Assembly (NCBI GenBank): GCA_965240335.1
Contig: CBDEKM010000018.1
Span: 73,417 to 137,416, forward strand
Length of the DNA: 64,000 bases
Source: a bacterium
GTDB lineage: Bacteria > JAAXHH01
Direction of reading: 5' to 3'
Below the pieces are notes generated by a model. It was not told the DNA's origin and ran no database searches. It saw only the letters and a program-made list of their open reading frames with translations. The position numbers and the translations under genes are program-made. Below, one piece after another: positions 46,549-57,296 of the stretch. Each line of letters opens with the position of its first letter. The stretch's first letter is position 1.

Positions 46549-47246
46549 ACACATACATGAAGTTCAGGTCTATCCTGCTAACCACATTTTTTTCCTGCTT
46601 CTTCGTGATTGGAGGTTGCGGCGGATCCGAAACGGCCGAGCAGGCCGCTCCTGCCGTGAACGAAACTCCGGTCGAAACAGCGTCGCCGGTAAACAATCCC
46701 AATCTCGCCGGAAGCGACGACCTTGGCGTGCTGCCGGGAATGACCGCCGAGCTTGCGGACATGGTGTTGGAAGCACGCCCTTTCCCGGGCATGATCGAAC
46801 TGGATGCGCTTATTTCGGATCACATGAGCCGGGAGGATACGGCCGCGCTCTACGCCGGTATGTTCATTCCCCTGAACCTGAATACAGCCACGGACGAGGA
46901 GATACTCCTGGTGCCCGGTGTGGGTGATCGGATGCTGCACGAATTCAAGAAATACCGTCCCTATCTTGGCATCGCCCAGTGGCGGCGGGAAATGGGCAAG
47001 TACGTGGACGATGCCGAGGTCGCCAGGATGGAGCAGTACGTGTATGTTCCCATCGATCTCAATACGGCCACGGACGAGGAAATACTCGCGATACCCGGTG
47101 TGGGTGACCGGATGCTTCACGAGTTCAAGGAGTATCGTCCGTATTCCGAGATGGAGCAGTTCTGTCGTGAAATCGGTAAGTACGTGGACGACGGCGAGGT
47201 CGCGCGACTGGCACGATACGTGGAAATCCGCAGCCAGGATCCGTAG
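46545..47246 (+). CDS. ComEA-like lipoprotein with two tandem helix-hairpin-helix repeats
   Basis: 233 aa; lipobox (VIGGCGG); two ~70-aa repeats each containing LNTATDEEIL-(L/A)-(V/I)PGVGDRMLHEFK-YRPY, resembling the ComEA HhH DNA-binding motif. Confidence 0.6.
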   Translation: MNTYMKFRSILLTTFFSCFFVIGGCGGSETAEQAAPAVNETPVETASPVNNPNLAGSDDLGVLPGMTAELADMVLEARPFPGMIELDALISDHMSREDTAALYAGMFIPLNLNTATDEEILLVPGVGDRMLHEFKKYRPYLGIAQWRREMGKYVDDAEVARMEQYVYVPIDLNTATDEEILAIPGVGDRMLHEFKEYRPYSEMEQFCREIGKYVDDGEVARLARYVEIRSQDP

Positions 47247-47280
47247 TACGGAAGCGCGCTTCGTACTGGGGAAAAGTTAA

Positions 47281-47355
47281 TCGGGGTGGGGGGATTTGAA
47301 CCCCCGACCCCCTGCTCCCAAAGCAGGTGCGCTGACCGGACTGCGCTACACCCCG
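47281..47355 (-). tRNA. tRNA-Pro (anticodon UGG)
   Basis: Minus strand CGGGGTGTAGCGCAGTCCGGTCAGCGCACCTGCTTTGGGAGCAGGGGGTCGGGGGTTCAAATCCCCCCACCCCGA; anticodon loop UUUGGGA. Confidence 0.85.
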
Positions 47356-47555
47356 TAAACCTCTGGTAATTATACGGTTCACCGGTAGTTATGTCAAGGT
47401 AAACCCCGGAGCCAAATGTCCCTGGGAACGCGCGAAATTCACTAGTCTGGAGCACCAGCCATGAAGCTGGCGGTTAACGGCAGTATGGATGCCGAACACC
47501 AAATGAAAGCGCTCCTGGATAACGTAAATCGTATCGGAAACGGAAAAGCTCATAC

Positions 47556-49622
47556 ATGAAACCCCCTTCGCTACTTTCCTTCGAATCCGTCGTTGGCCAT
47601 TCCGATCCGGGTATTTTCGACATCCAATCCAGCGCACCGGGCCCTGAAGGCAGCCTGCCGTTGACAGGCGACATGCTGCGGGAAAGCCCCAGCGGGGATC
47701 TTTTCGCCCTGTCCCAGAACGTGGGCATGGGATGGAGCCCTTCCAAGCTGAATCGCCGGCAGTACCTGATCCTCAGTACCCAGGGAGGTATTCGCGCATC
47801 CGACGGAACGCCGGTGGCCCTGGGGTACCATACCGGGCACTGGGAGGTCGGCTTGCTCATGCAGGCGGCCGCCGAGGAGTTGACGTCCCTGGGTGGCATA
47901 CCCTTCGGCGGTTATTGTACCGATCCCTGCGATGGTCGCACGCAGGGCACGCCGGGCATGATGGACAGTCTCCCTTACCGAAACGACGCAGCCATAATCT
48001 TTCGCCGGTTGATCCGGTCGTTGCCGACGCGCCGAGGCGTGATCGGGGTGGCGACGTGCGACAAGGGGCTGCCCGCCATGATGATCGCGCTGGCGGCGAC
48101 CCATGACCTGCCGTGCGTGCTGGTGCCTGGCGGCGTCACACTACCGGCGGAAGAAGGCGAAGACGCAGGCAAGATCCAATCCATCGGCGCCAGATACGCC
48201 CATGGCGAAATCTCGCTGGAATACGCGGCGGACATGGGCTGCCGCACCTGCGCATCACCGGGAGGCGGTTGCCAGTTCCTGGGCACCGCGGCGACCTCGC
48301 AGGTCGTCGGGGAAGCCTTCGGCCTTTCGCTGCCCCACAGCGCGCTGGCGCCATCTGGTCAGCCCATCTGGACCGACATGGCCAGGCGATCGGCCCGGGC
48401 GCTGATGCGGCTTGAAGCCGAGGGGCTGACCGTCCAGAAGATCCTGACCGAAAAGGCGCTCGAGAACGCCATGACGGTCCATGCCGCCTTTGGGGGTTCG
48501 ACCAACCTGCTGCTGCACATCCCCGCGGTCGCCCATGCCGCCGGCTTGCGCCGTCCGACGATAGAAGACTGGGTAAGCATAAACCGGCGGACCCCAAGGC
48601 TGGTGGACGCATTGCCGAATGGTCCGACGGGTTATCCCACGGTCATCGCCTTCCTGGCCGGCGGTGTGCCGGAGGTGATGCTGCACCTGCGCGAAGCGGG
48701 CCTGCTGAACGAATCGGTGCTCACCGCGGCGGGGTGTACGCTGGGCGAGGTCCTGGACTGGTGGCGGACATCCGACCGGCGGAAACTGGTTCGCGAACGA
48801 TTGAAGAAAGTGGACGGGATCGACCCGGATGACGTGATCATGTCTCCCGACCGGGCGCGTAACCGGGGACTGACCAGCACGGTGACCTTTCCAAAGGGCA
48901 ATCTCGCGCCAGAGGGATCGGTGATCAAGAGCACGGCGATCGATCCAAGCGTAGTCGATCAGGACGGCGTATACAGGAAAACGGGGCCCGCGCGGGTGTT
49001 CATCCGGGAACGGGATGCCATCGCCGCCATCAAGAGCCGGAACGAGGACGGAATAAAGCCCGGTGACGTGCTGATTCTCATCTGCCGCGGACCCATGGGC
49101 GCCGGGATGGAGGAAACCTACCAGATCACAGCCGCCCTGAGGCATCTCTCCTTCGGAAAGCATGTGGCCGTGGTGACCGACGCCCGTTTTTCCGGTATTT
49201 CAACGGGAGCCTGCGTAGGCCACGTAGGCCCCGAAGCCCTGGCTGGTGGACCCATCGGCAAGGTAGTCGATGGCGATCTTGTCGAAATCGTCATCGACCG
49301 GAACGCCCTGACGGGTTCTATTAACCTGGTCGGCAGCGAGGACCGCACTTTCGGCGTCGAAAAGGGCACCCGGCTGCTCGCCGAACGCCCGGCGCGGCCC
49401 GACCTGGCCGTAGATCCGAATCTTCCTGACGACACCCGTCTCTGGGCCGCCCTTCAACAGGCCGGTGGCGGCGCATGGGGCGGATGTGTCTACGACGTGG
49501 ATGAAATCGTCAACCGAATGCGAAATGGTGAGCAGACGGGGGCTCAACAACCGTCACCTGAGGCGGTGGAGACCCATGGACCGTCACAGGCAAAGGCGAA
49601 AGCAGGCAAAAATGGGAAATAG
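47556..49622 (+). CDS. IlvD/EDD-family dehydratase (sugar-acid dehydratase type)
   Basis: 688 aa; Fe-S cluster Cys ligands ([26 protein letters not shown]); C-terminal DGRFSG region. Confidence 0.85.
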   Translation: MKPPSLLSFESVVGHSDPGIFDIQSSAPGPEGSLPLTGDMLRESPSGDLFALSQNVGMGWSPSKLNRRQYLILSTQGGIRASDGTPVALGYHTGHWEVGLLMQAAAEELTSLGGIPFGGYCTDPCDGRTQGTPGMMDSLPYRNDAAIIFRRLIRSLPTRRGVIGVATCDKGLPAMMIALAATHDLPCVLVPGGVTLPAEEGEDAGKIQSIGARYAHGEISLEYAADMGCRTCASPGGGCQFLGTAATSQVVGEAFGLSLPHSALAPSGQPIWTDMARRSARALMRLEAEGLTVQKILTEKALENAMTVHAAFGGSTNLLLHIPAVAHAAGLRRPTIEDWVSINRRTPRLVDALPNGPTGYPTVIAFLAGGVPEVMLHLREAGLLNESVLTAAGCTLGEVLDWWRTSDRRKLVRERLKKVDGIDPDDVIMSPDRARNRGLTSTVTFPKGNLAPEGSVIKSTAIDPSVVDQDGVYRKTGPARVFIRERDAIAAIKSRNEDGIKPGDVLILICRGPMGAGMEETYQITAALRHLSFGKHVAVVTDARFSGISTGACVGHVGPEALAGGPIGKVVDGDLVEIVIDRNALTGSINLVGSEDRTFGVEKGTRLLAERPARPDLAVDPNLPDDTRLWAALQQAGGGAWGGCVYDVDEIVNRMRNGEQTGAQQPSPEAVETHGPSQAKAKAGKNGK

Positions 49623-49719
49623 CCCAGCAGTACTGGACCTTAAGGTGAGATACTTCCAGGACAGCACGCCCGCAGATGTGCCATGCAGGGAAGAAAACTT
49701 CATCCGAAGGGAATTCCGG

Positions 49720-50421
49720 ATGAAACTGCCCATTGAACAGACGGCGCTTGTACTGGTAGACCTGTGGAACGTTCATTTCATCGACAGTTGGATCGAACGG
49801 GCCGCGCGGGTCACCCGGGAGGCGATCGTACCGGCCATCGAGATGGCCCGGTCGGCCGGACTGACCGTTATACATGCCCCTTCGCCCGAGGTAGCGCGGC
49901 AGTATCCCCAGGCTTCACGGAATCCGTCGGCACCTGTCCCGCTGCGTGGTGGCGCGGACTGGCCACCCCTTGAATTCCGGCACCGGGAAGGCGAGTACCA
50001 GGATTACAGGGGACCCAGGAATCAGCCGCCGGGCATCGGGCTTCACTGGAATGCAATCAGCGGGGATCTATCCATCTCGCCGGCCGTGGACGTCCGCGAC
50101 GAAGATGTGGTGATCGCCAGCGGCGCCGAACTGCACGAGGTACTGGCGGAACGGAACGTGCTCCACCTGGTCTACGCCGGTTTCGCCACCAACTGGTGCG
50201 TCCTGGGCAGGGACTACGGCATCCGGTCCATGGCGCGGTACGGATACAACATCGTTTTCCTGCGCGACTGTACGGCTGGTGTCGAGTTTCCCGACACGCA
50301 GGACGAGCTCTTCGTCACGGAAATAGCGACCCGTGAAATCGAGCAGCAGTTCGGTTTCTCGGCATCGAACGAAGATTACTTCGAAAGCTGCAGGAAAGTC
50401 TCAGAGAGGAATGGGACATGA
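49720..50421 (+). CDS. isochorismatase-family hydrolase (cysteine hydrolase)
   Basis: ORF 49465 overlaps the previous gene out of frame; ATG 49720 (MKLPIEQTALVLVDLWN...); catalytic Cys region AGFATNWCV. Confidence 0.8.
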   Translation: MKLPIEQTALVLVDLWNVHFIDSWIERAARVTREAIVPAIEMARSAGLTVIHAPSPEVARQYPQASRNPSAPVPLRGGADWPPLEFRHREGEYQDYRGPRNQPPGIGLHWNAISGDLSISPAVDVRDEDVVIASGAELHEVLAERNVLHLVYAGFATNWCVLGRDYGIRSMARYGYNIVFLRDCTAGVEFPDTQDELFVTEIATREIEQQFGFSASNEDYFESCRKVSERNGT

Positions 50422-51251
50422 TTGTCGATACGCACACCCACTTTTACGATCCCTCCCGGCCGCAGGGCGTGCCATGGCCCGGTCCCGACGACGAGTTTCT
50501 GTACCGGCGCATCCTGCCGGAGGATTTCAAGGCCGAAGCGTTGTCCGAGGGCGTCACGGGCACGGTCGTAGTGGAAGCCAGCGTCTGGGTGGAGGACAAC
50601 ACGTGGATCCTGGACCTGGCCAAGGACGATCCGTTTCTGCTGGGCCTGGTCGGACACCTGGAGCCTCCGGATTCGCGTTTCGAATCCGACCTGGACCGAT
50701 TCGCGGAACATGATCTTTTCTATGGCATCCGGCTGGGCAAGGTGCCGACCGACGATCCGGTATATCTCAAGGCAATCGAGCAACTCTTGGCGCACGACCT
50801 GTCACTGGACCTGCTCGTGGGCAAGGAGTGGCTGGCTGAAGTAGACCACTGCGCCGCCCGTTTTCCCGATCTGAGGATCGTGTTGAATCACCTGGCCCAC
50901 GTACCGGTAACAGGAGGACAGCCGGACCAGGAATGGGTATCCGGTATCAAGCGCGCCGCGGCCCATCCACAGCTGTTCTGCAAGATATCGGGTATGGTTG
51001 AACTGGCGCAGATTTCCCCGTCACCCGAGGATCCGGCCTATTACAAACCGGTGCAGGACGTGCTCTGGAACGCATTCGGCGAGAACAGGCTGCTGTATGC
51101 CAGCAACTGGCCGGTTTCCTGGAGATATGCTTCTTACCTCCAGGTTCAGCGACTGGCCATGGCGTGTATTGAACCCAGGGGATCGGAAGCCCGGGAAAAG
51201 ATCATGTGGAAGAACAGCAGGGATGCTTACAGGTGGGAGCCGCGAAACTGA
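50418..51251 (+). CDS. amidohydrolase-2 family protein (sugar lactonase / ACMSD-like)
   Basis: 277 aa; MIVDTHTHFYDP metal-binding start; ATGA overlap with the upstream gene. Confidence 0.8.
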   Translation: MIVDTHTHFYDPSRPQGVPWPGPDDEFLYRRILPEDFKAEALSEGVTGTVVVEASVWVEDNTWILDLAKDDPFLLGLVGHLEPPDSRFESDLDRFAEHDLFYGIRLGKVPTDDPVYLKAIEQLLAHDLSLDLLVGKEWLAEVDHCAARFPDLRIVLNHLAHVPVTGGQPDQEWVSGIKRAAAHPQLFCKISGMVELAQISPSPEDPAYYKPVQDVLWNAFGENRLLYASNWPVSWRYASYLQVQRLAMACIEPRGSEAREKIMWKNSRDAYRWEPRN

Positions 51252-51284
51252 CGTAATAGCGACGGTTTTCGTACTGCTGAATTA

Positions 51285-52586
51285 CTACCGGTCCTCTATC
51301 GGTACGTACTTGCAGACGTCGTCGCCGGTATAGATCTGGCGGGGTCGCGCGATTTTCTGCTCCGGATCGTCCAGCATTTCCGCCCACTGCGCCAGCCAGC
51401 CCACGGTACGGGGAATCGCGAACAGCACAGGGAACATTTCAAGCGGAAATCCCATGGCCTGGTAGATGAGGCCAGAATAGAAATCGACATTCGGGTAGAG
51501 TTGTCGATTGACGAAGTAATCGTCTTCGAGCGCGATACGCTCCAGTTCCACGGCTACGTCGAGCAGCGTGTTGCTTTCGGTCACGCCCAGTACCCGGTGG
51601 GTCATCTCCTTGAGAATCTTGGCCCTGGGATCGTAGTTCTTGTACACCCTGTGGCCGAACCCCATGAGCCGGATATCGCCCTGCTTGACCTTCTTGATGT
51701 AAGCGGGTACACGGCTGATGTGGCCGATTTCCTGCAGCATGTGCAGGACTTGCTCGTTGGCGCCACCGTGAAGGGGACCGTACAGACCGGCCGCGGCGGC
51801 GGCAACGGACACGTAGGGATCGGGAAGGGAACTGCCGACGCTCCGCATCGCGTTGGCGCTGCAGTTCTGTTCGTGGTCCACGTGCAGGATGAACACCACG
51901 TCCAGGGCCTTTTCCAGCACGGGATCGGGGGTGTACTTTTCCGTCATCTTGTACATCATGGACAGGAAGTTGCCGCAGTAACCCAGGCCATTGTCCGGAT
52001 AGGTGTAGGGATGGCCCTGGCTGTGCCTGAACGCGAAGGCGGCGATGGTCGGTATCTTGGCGATGAGACGGTGGATCTGTTCGTTCCGTATGGCAGCGTC
52101 GCGTATCTGTTTGGCTTCCGGATAGAAGGTGGACAACGCGGCAACCGTACTGATCAGGATGCCCATGGGATGGGCGTCGTACCGGAATCCGTCCATGAAC
52201 TTCTTGATGTTCTCATGGACGATCGCGTGATGGGTGATATCGTATGACCACTCATCGAGTTCGGCCCTGGTCGGCAGCATGCCATGAACGATCAGGAAGG
52301 CGACTTCGAGAAAGGAACTATTGACTGCCAGGTCCTCTATGGGATAGCCCCGGTAGCGCAGGATGCCCTTCTCACCGTCGATGTGGGTAATGCTGCTCCG
52401 GCAGGAGGCGGTATTGTTGAACGCAGGATCGTATCCCAGTAACCCGAAATCGTCCTCGGACACCTTGATCTGTCTAAAATCCGTGGTGGGAATCGCGGCG
52501 CCGTACTTGTCATAGGTCCCGTAAATGATTGGGATCTCGTATTCCTTGCCGGTCCGGTTGTCAATGACGGTCAACGTGTCAGGCAT
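51285..52586 (-). CDS. gltA: citrate synthase
   Basis: 433 aa; citrate synthase catalytic His/Asp regions (GPLHGGANE, MGFGHRVY, D-residue near C-terminus); GGAGG RBS. Confidence 0.9.
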   Translation of the reverse strand: MPDTLTVIDNRTGKEYEIPIIYGTYDKYGAAIPTTDFRQIKVSEDDFGLLGYDPAFNNTASCRSSITHIDGEKGILRYRGYPIEDLAVNSSFLEVAFLIVHGMLPTRAELDEWSYDITHHAIVHENIKKFMDGFRYDAHPMGILISTVAALSTFYPEAKQIRDAAIRNEQIHRLIAKIPTIAAFAFRHSQGHPYTYPDNGLGYCGNFLSMMYKMTEKYTPDPVLEKALDVVFILHVDHEQNCSANAMRSVGSSLPDPYVSVAAAAAGLYGPLHGGANEQVLHMLQEIGHISRVPAYIKKVKQGDIRLMGFGHRVYKNYDPRAKILKEMTHRVLGVTESNTLLDVAVELERIALEDDYFVNRQLYPNVDFYSGLIYQAMGFPLEMFPVLFAIPRTVGWLAQWAEMLDDPEQKIARPRQIYTGDDVCKYVPIEDR

Positions 52587-52857
52587 TAAGTACAGCCTCC
52601 TGAGAACTCGCTATTACTCGCTTGGATGGGGATCGACACCGGAACTGGCGCGCCGTGAAACCAACAAGTTAATTCGCCGCGGCAAATTGGTCAACCCAAT
52701 AATCAATCCTGAGCAGTCCTCGTTTCAGTGCCGAACGCTCATTGCTCCGGGATGGAAACGGCCAGGGAACTCGCGCTCTGGCGGGTCGCCCTGGCCTCCG
52801 GTTTCGTTTACGAATTGGATGATATCACGGGGTTGTTGAACCCCGGCAAACCAACGG

Positions 52858-54030
52858 CTACGGATCAACCCAGCGACCGTCCGACCTGATCAGGTCGACC
52901 AGCTCCTCGACGCCGCGTTCCTGGGGTACGCTCATCTTTACGCATTCACGTCCCCGGTAGAGGGAAATGATCCCGTTGGCGCGTCCGACATACCCGTAAT
53001 CGGCATCGGCCATTTCTCCCGGGCCGTTGACGATGCAACCCATGACGGCAATGTCCAGCCCCGCGAGATGGTCGGTGGCCGACTTTACCTCCGCCAGCAC
53101 ATGCTCCAGGTTGAACTTGGTACGCCCACAGGATGGGCAGGCGATAAATTCCACCTTGGTTCGGCGCAGCCCCAGTGCCTGGAGGATGTCGTAACACACG
53201 GGAATCTCGTGGGCAGGGTCCTCGGTAAGGGACACCCGTATGGTGTCGCCGAGCCCCTCGGCCAGCAGCGTACCGATGCCCGAAGTGGATTTAACCCGGG
53301 CGTATTCTCCGTCACCGGCCTCGGTGACACCCAGGTGAAGTGGGTAATCCATGTCTTCTTCGTCCATGCGGCTGGCCATGAGCCGGTTGGCCTGCAACAT
53401 GACAGGAACGCGGGACGCCTTGAGCGAAACGACCAGATTCCGGTAGTCGTGCGCCTCGCAAATCCGAATGAACTCCTGCGCGGATTCCACCATGCCCAGC
53501 GGCGTGTCGCCATATGTCACGGTCATCCGGTCCGACAGGGAACCGTGATTCACACCTATACGCATGGCGATGTCCCGTTCCCTGCAAACCTTGATAACGG
53601 GAGCGAGGTCTTCCTCCACCTTGTTTTTAGCAGCTTCAAACTCTTCCGGCGTGTATTCAATGGAATCAGACAAGCGCTGGAACACGAACAACCCCGGATT
53701 TATACGGACCTTGTCGACCGATCTGGCAACTTCTTCGGCTATCCTGGTGCCTTGATGATGAACGTCCGCTACCAGGGGCACGTCGATCCCGCGGCGTACC
53801 AGGATTTGCTTGATCTCCCGAAGACAGTGGGCGTCAGCCAACGTGGGCGTGGTCACGCGCACGATTTCACAACCCAGTTCGTGCAGTCGAATGATCGCGT
53901 CCACGCAGGCTGCCACGTCCCGGGTGTTCTCCGTAATCATCGATTGTACGACGACAGGATGCAGGCCGCCGATCGTGACGTTGCCGACGCGGACCTCACG
54001 GGTCTTTCGCCGTGGATAGATCATCTCCAT
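52858..54030 (-). CDS. ispG: 4-hydroxy-3-methylbut-2-en-1-yl diphosphate synthase (flavodoxin)
   Basis: 390 aa; GcpE TIM barrel + C-terminal [4Fe-4S] Cys (CPSCGR...C). Confidence 0.9.
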   Translation of the reverse strand: MEMIYPRRKTREVRVGNVTIGGLHPVVVQSMITENTRDVAACVDAIIRLHELGCEIVRVTTPTLADAHCLREIKQILVRRGIDVPLVADVHHQGTRIAEEVARSVDKVRINPGLFVFQRLSDSIEYTPEEFEAAKNKVEEDLAPVIKVCRERDIAMRIGVNHGSLSDRMTVTYGDTPLGMVESAQEFIRICEAHDYRNLVVSLKASRVPVMLQANRLMASRMDEEDMDYPLHLGVTEAGDGEYARVKSTSGIGTLLAEGLGDTIRVSLTEDPAHEIPVCYDILQALGLRRTKVEFIACPSCGRTKFNLEHVLAEVKSATDHLAGLDIAVMGCIVNGPGEMADADYGYVGRANGIISLYRGRECVKMSVPQERGVEELVDLIRSDGRWVDP

Positions 54031-54249
54031 GCTGTCAAATCCTTCATGCGGGCCACGATGGCCAGGATCATCCCGGTGTACGATCCCGAAATACTAAGGT
54101 TTCCTGATACCGGGTATGCACGAGTCTTTCTTTGTACCTCCGAAACGCACTAAGTAACGTACCTGGAACAGCCCGTTTGTCAATACCTTAATGCCCGGAG
54201 AATCGACCTTTCGGGCCGGTCTATCGTCATGGGATGCCGCTGATTTCGC

Positions 54250-54936
54250 TTAGCGCAACGGGATCAATCCCAGTTCGACCCGGTCCAGGTCACCGGGTGT
54301 GACGCGGGGGGGATGAGCGATATGAAACTTCGGTCCCGAGATGGTCCTGGTACTACTCACCAGCACACGCCGGTCAAACGTGAACGCCCGAATGTACAGG
54401 GCATGCCACTGAAACGGCCGGGGTAGCCGGATCATTCTGAAGTATATCCTGTGGCGCCGGTCCAGCCGGATTTCTCCAAGCAGCGCACCATCTCCGCTGA
54501 CGATATACGGCGCTTGAGGCCCCTTTGCCGCGCCAGCAGGAGATAGACCCGGGTGAAGGGCAGGGGATGGGCTCGAGGCGGATAGGTCTGACCCCCCGAC
54601 AGGAGAGGCATGCCTGGCAACCGGCATACGGGTTGAATGGCGAACGCAGAGCACATACCAGATCACATGGTTGAAAGGCACGGGATAGGAAGTCGCGCCC
54701 GATTCATTCAACCATCCCAGTTTATCCCGGCAGTCGAGACATATGCCCAGGTGACTGTTCACGGTCTCGCTCTCGGCCGAGGAAAGTTGCTCCCTATCTT
54801 CATGGTACGCTACCAGGGTTCCCGATGAAGGACATGACGACAACAGCGGTTCGCTGAATTTGCGCAGGAGGTCAGCGATCTGCGTTCGATCTGGCAACCT
54901 GCCGATGTTGCCGTGCCTCCCGACTCGCTGATGCAT
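54250..54936 (-). CDS. putative anti-sigma factor (zf-HC2-like HxxxCxxC) cognate to the upstream ECF sigma
   Basis: 228 aa; HLGICLDCR motif after an LVAYHEDREQLS region; 6 nt downstream of the ECF sigma stop. Confidence 0.55.
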   Translation of the reverse strand: MHQRVGRHGNIGRLPDRTQIADLLRKFSEPLLSSCPSSGTLVAYHEDREQLSSAESETVNSHLGICLDCRDKLGWLNESGATSYPVPFNHVIWYVLCVRHSTRMPVARHASPVGGSDLSASSPSPALHPGLSPAGAAKGPQAPYIVSGDGALLGEIRLDRRHRIYFRMIRLPRPFQWHALYIRAFTFDRRVLVSSTRTISGPKFHIAHPPRVTPGDLDRVELGLIPLR

Positions 54937-54942
54937 GACTGA

Positions 54943-55650
54943 CTACTCCTTATTTTCAGGCCTGGAATGCCGTATACCTTCACTAACGCAGTTGGTAAAA
55001 TGTTCGTAGTCTCGGAATCTACTCTGCATTTTGCGTCTGAGCCGATACATGCAGTCGTAAATCATCTGCCCCATGCGTTGTACCGGTACCCCGAGCACTT
55101 CCGCGATGTCCTCCCTGCTCAGTTCACCTTTCAGTTCTCTGACGTACATTTTAAGGACGTCTCGACACCTCGGCCCGGTGTAATACTTCAGGGCCGTATG
55201 CAACAGAAAAACCTGTTCCTCTTCCTCCATAGTCCGGAAAAACCGGTCCGGCCGGTTGTTCGGATCGGTATCTTCGATCTGCAATCCGGACTCGCTGCTC
55301 GATGCAAACCAGTCGATATCGACGAATTTAATCCCTCTACCCCGGGCGACACCAAGTCGCGAAGGCATGGCGTCCAGACACTTGATCTTGGCTATGCGGG
55401 AAATGTAGGTGCTCAGCGCGCTCCGAAATTCGAATTGTGGAAGACTCTGAATGACCGCGATGTAAATATCGTTGAGGATGTCTTCCTTTTCACCTGCCGG
55501 GATCCAGTATGCTTTCTGGAATACCCAGAAATGGACGGGCTTGTCCGGTGTAAAGTATAAATCATAGAGTTTACTCTTCGCATCCGATCTACCTGCCAGG
55601 CAGGCGTGTATCAGGTGCGCGTCCTTGGGCCTTTTCGATTGCATGTTCAT
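54943..55650 (-). CDS. ECF-type RNA polymerase sigma-70 family factor
   Basis: 235 aa; sigma70 region 2 (…IYIAVIQSLPQF…) and region 4 HTH (EDIAEVLGVPVQRMGQMIYDCMYRLR); TGGAG RBS. Confidence 0.8.
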   Translation of the reverse strand: MNMQSKRPKDAHLIHACLAGRSDAKSKLYDLYFTPDKPVHFWVFQKAYWIPAGEKEDILNDIYIAVIQSLPQFEFRSALSTYISRIAKIKCLDAMPSRLGVARGRGIKFVDIDWFASSSESGLQIEDTDPNNRPDRFFRTMEEEEQVFLLHTALKYYTGPRCRDVLKMYVRELKGELSREDIAEVLGVPVQRMGQMIYDCMYRLRRKMQSRFRDYEHFTNCVSEGIRHSRPENKE

Positions 55651-56338
55651 GGCTCCAAAGTATTTACGTTACCATTGAAAGCGCCTTGTCGAAAACGGCT
55701 AAACCGGCGCAGTGGATTCAATCGACTCTTCATCGTTTTGGTACACTGAAACCGAACGCTGCTCATGCCCCGGTGGACCCGGTATTACAGCGTTCAATCT
55801 GTGCTAATTCAAAGGCGGTAGATGGTACACGCCTGTATGCACCGAAGTGGAGACCGGGGGAACCCGATCAAGCCAATGAATCTTAGTGCAGACCGGTGAC
55901 AGCCTCGTGGCGCCTCATCGTGGCGGACCGGTTAAGAAAATCCAGTACGGTGTTTGTCGGTTGGGTGGATTCCGAATATGTTACCGTACCAGCCGCTCTT
56001 TGCTGCCAACTGCCCGGCTTAAATAAGCTCGGTAACAAATTGGCCAGTCAACGAATAATGTACACGTGTGCATTACAAGTTAAAAAAGAGTTTCAGAACG
56101 ACTTATCTGGATTAGTCGGAAAAACGCTTAGAAACTCGTACATATAAACAAATATCGGCATTACACAGCGGTTATGATGGGTGTCGATCACTCGTTTTTC
56201 CTTGTGGGATTCGTACGCCGACCTTACACTCTTCGCCGAATGGGAACGCGACGGGAGAGGCCGTCGCGCGACAGAAGTCTGTGAAAACCACCGTATATAC
56301 GACAGTTTTAAAATAACCCCAATTCCATTACAAACCCC

Positions 56339-57232
56339 ATGTCCAAACTGGTCCACGGCATTTGGCCGGCACTCTGCACACCTTTCGATGACCGGCTTGC
56401 TTTGTCGCCCGATCGCGTGGCGCCCCTGGTACGGCACCTGGTGGAAGCCGGCAGCAACGGTTTCTTCATCACCGGCGGAACGGGCGAGGGCGGACAGATG
56501 TCGGTCGTGGAACGCCGGTGCATGTGCGAGACCGTAACCCGCGACGTCGCGGGCCAGGTTCCGGTGATCTTTCACGTGGGTGGGACGACCACGGAGGACG
56601 CCGTCGTCCTGGCGTCAGAAGCAGGTTCGCTGGGTGCGGACGCGGTGGCATCCATTGCCCCCGTGGATCAACCCAACGACCTGGCGGCGGCCGTTCGGCA
56701 CTACGCTGCCATTGGAAAGGCGTCCGAGGTTCCCTTCTATGTCTACTGGCTTGCGCGCAACGTCGACGGGCAGGTCACGCCCGAGCAATTCCTGGAAGCC
56801 ATGGACACGGTGCCCAACTTTGCGGGTATAAAGTTCACAGACCCGAACTTCTTTGTCTTTCAGCAGCTTGTCGACCTGTCGAAGGGAAAACTGAATGCCA
56901 TCACAGGACCGGACGAGATGTGCGTGGCGGGATTCGTGATGGGCAGCGACGGGGCCATCGGATCGATGTACAACATCATGCCCCGGATGTTCCTGTGCAT
57001 GTACGACGCCTTTCGAAGCGGCCGCGTACGGGAAGCCATGGAACTGCAGGTACAGGCCAACCGGGTCATCGCGCTGCTGATTTCCGTCGGTGTCCTGGCG
57101 GGGATCAAGGCGATGCTCGGGTGGCGCGGCGTGCCAGTGGGACCGCCGCGTCCGCCACTCGCCCGGCTGACGGCAGAAGGAGAAGACCGGCTGCGAGCCG
57201 GCCTGGAGGCACTGGATTTCGACGTAGTTTGA
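56339..57232 (+). CDS. DapA/NAL-family class I aldolase (dihydrodipicolinate synthase family; 2-keto-3-deoxy-acid aldolase-like)
   Basis: 297 aa; GTTGE motif (FITGGTGEG), Tyr and Schiff-base Lys region (GIKFTD). Confidence 0.8.
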   Translation: MSKLVHGIWPALCTPFDDRLALSPDRVAPLVRHLVEAGSNGFFITGGTGEGGQMSVVERRCMCETVTRDVAGQVPVIFHVGGTTTEDAVVLASEAGSLGADAVASIAPVDQPNDLAAAVRHYAAIGKASEVPFYVYWLARNVDGQVTPEQFLEAMDTVPNFAGIKFTDPNFFVFQQLVDLSKGKLNAITGPDEMCVAGFVMGSDGAIGSMYNIMPRMFLCMYDAFRSGRVREAMELQVQANRVIALLISVGVLAGIKAMLGWRGVPVGPPRPPLARLTAEGEDRLRAGLEALDFDVV

Positions 57233-57296
57233 ACGACGATACGTTGGGGCACTCGATGTTGTTACCAGGGAACCCCCTTCAGGAGAATCACATCCC

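Noticed and set aside
52587-52857. GGGGTTcaacAACCCC hairpin downstream of ispG as a terminator
   Set aside because: Not followed by a T-run on either strand, so not a canonical intrinsic terminator
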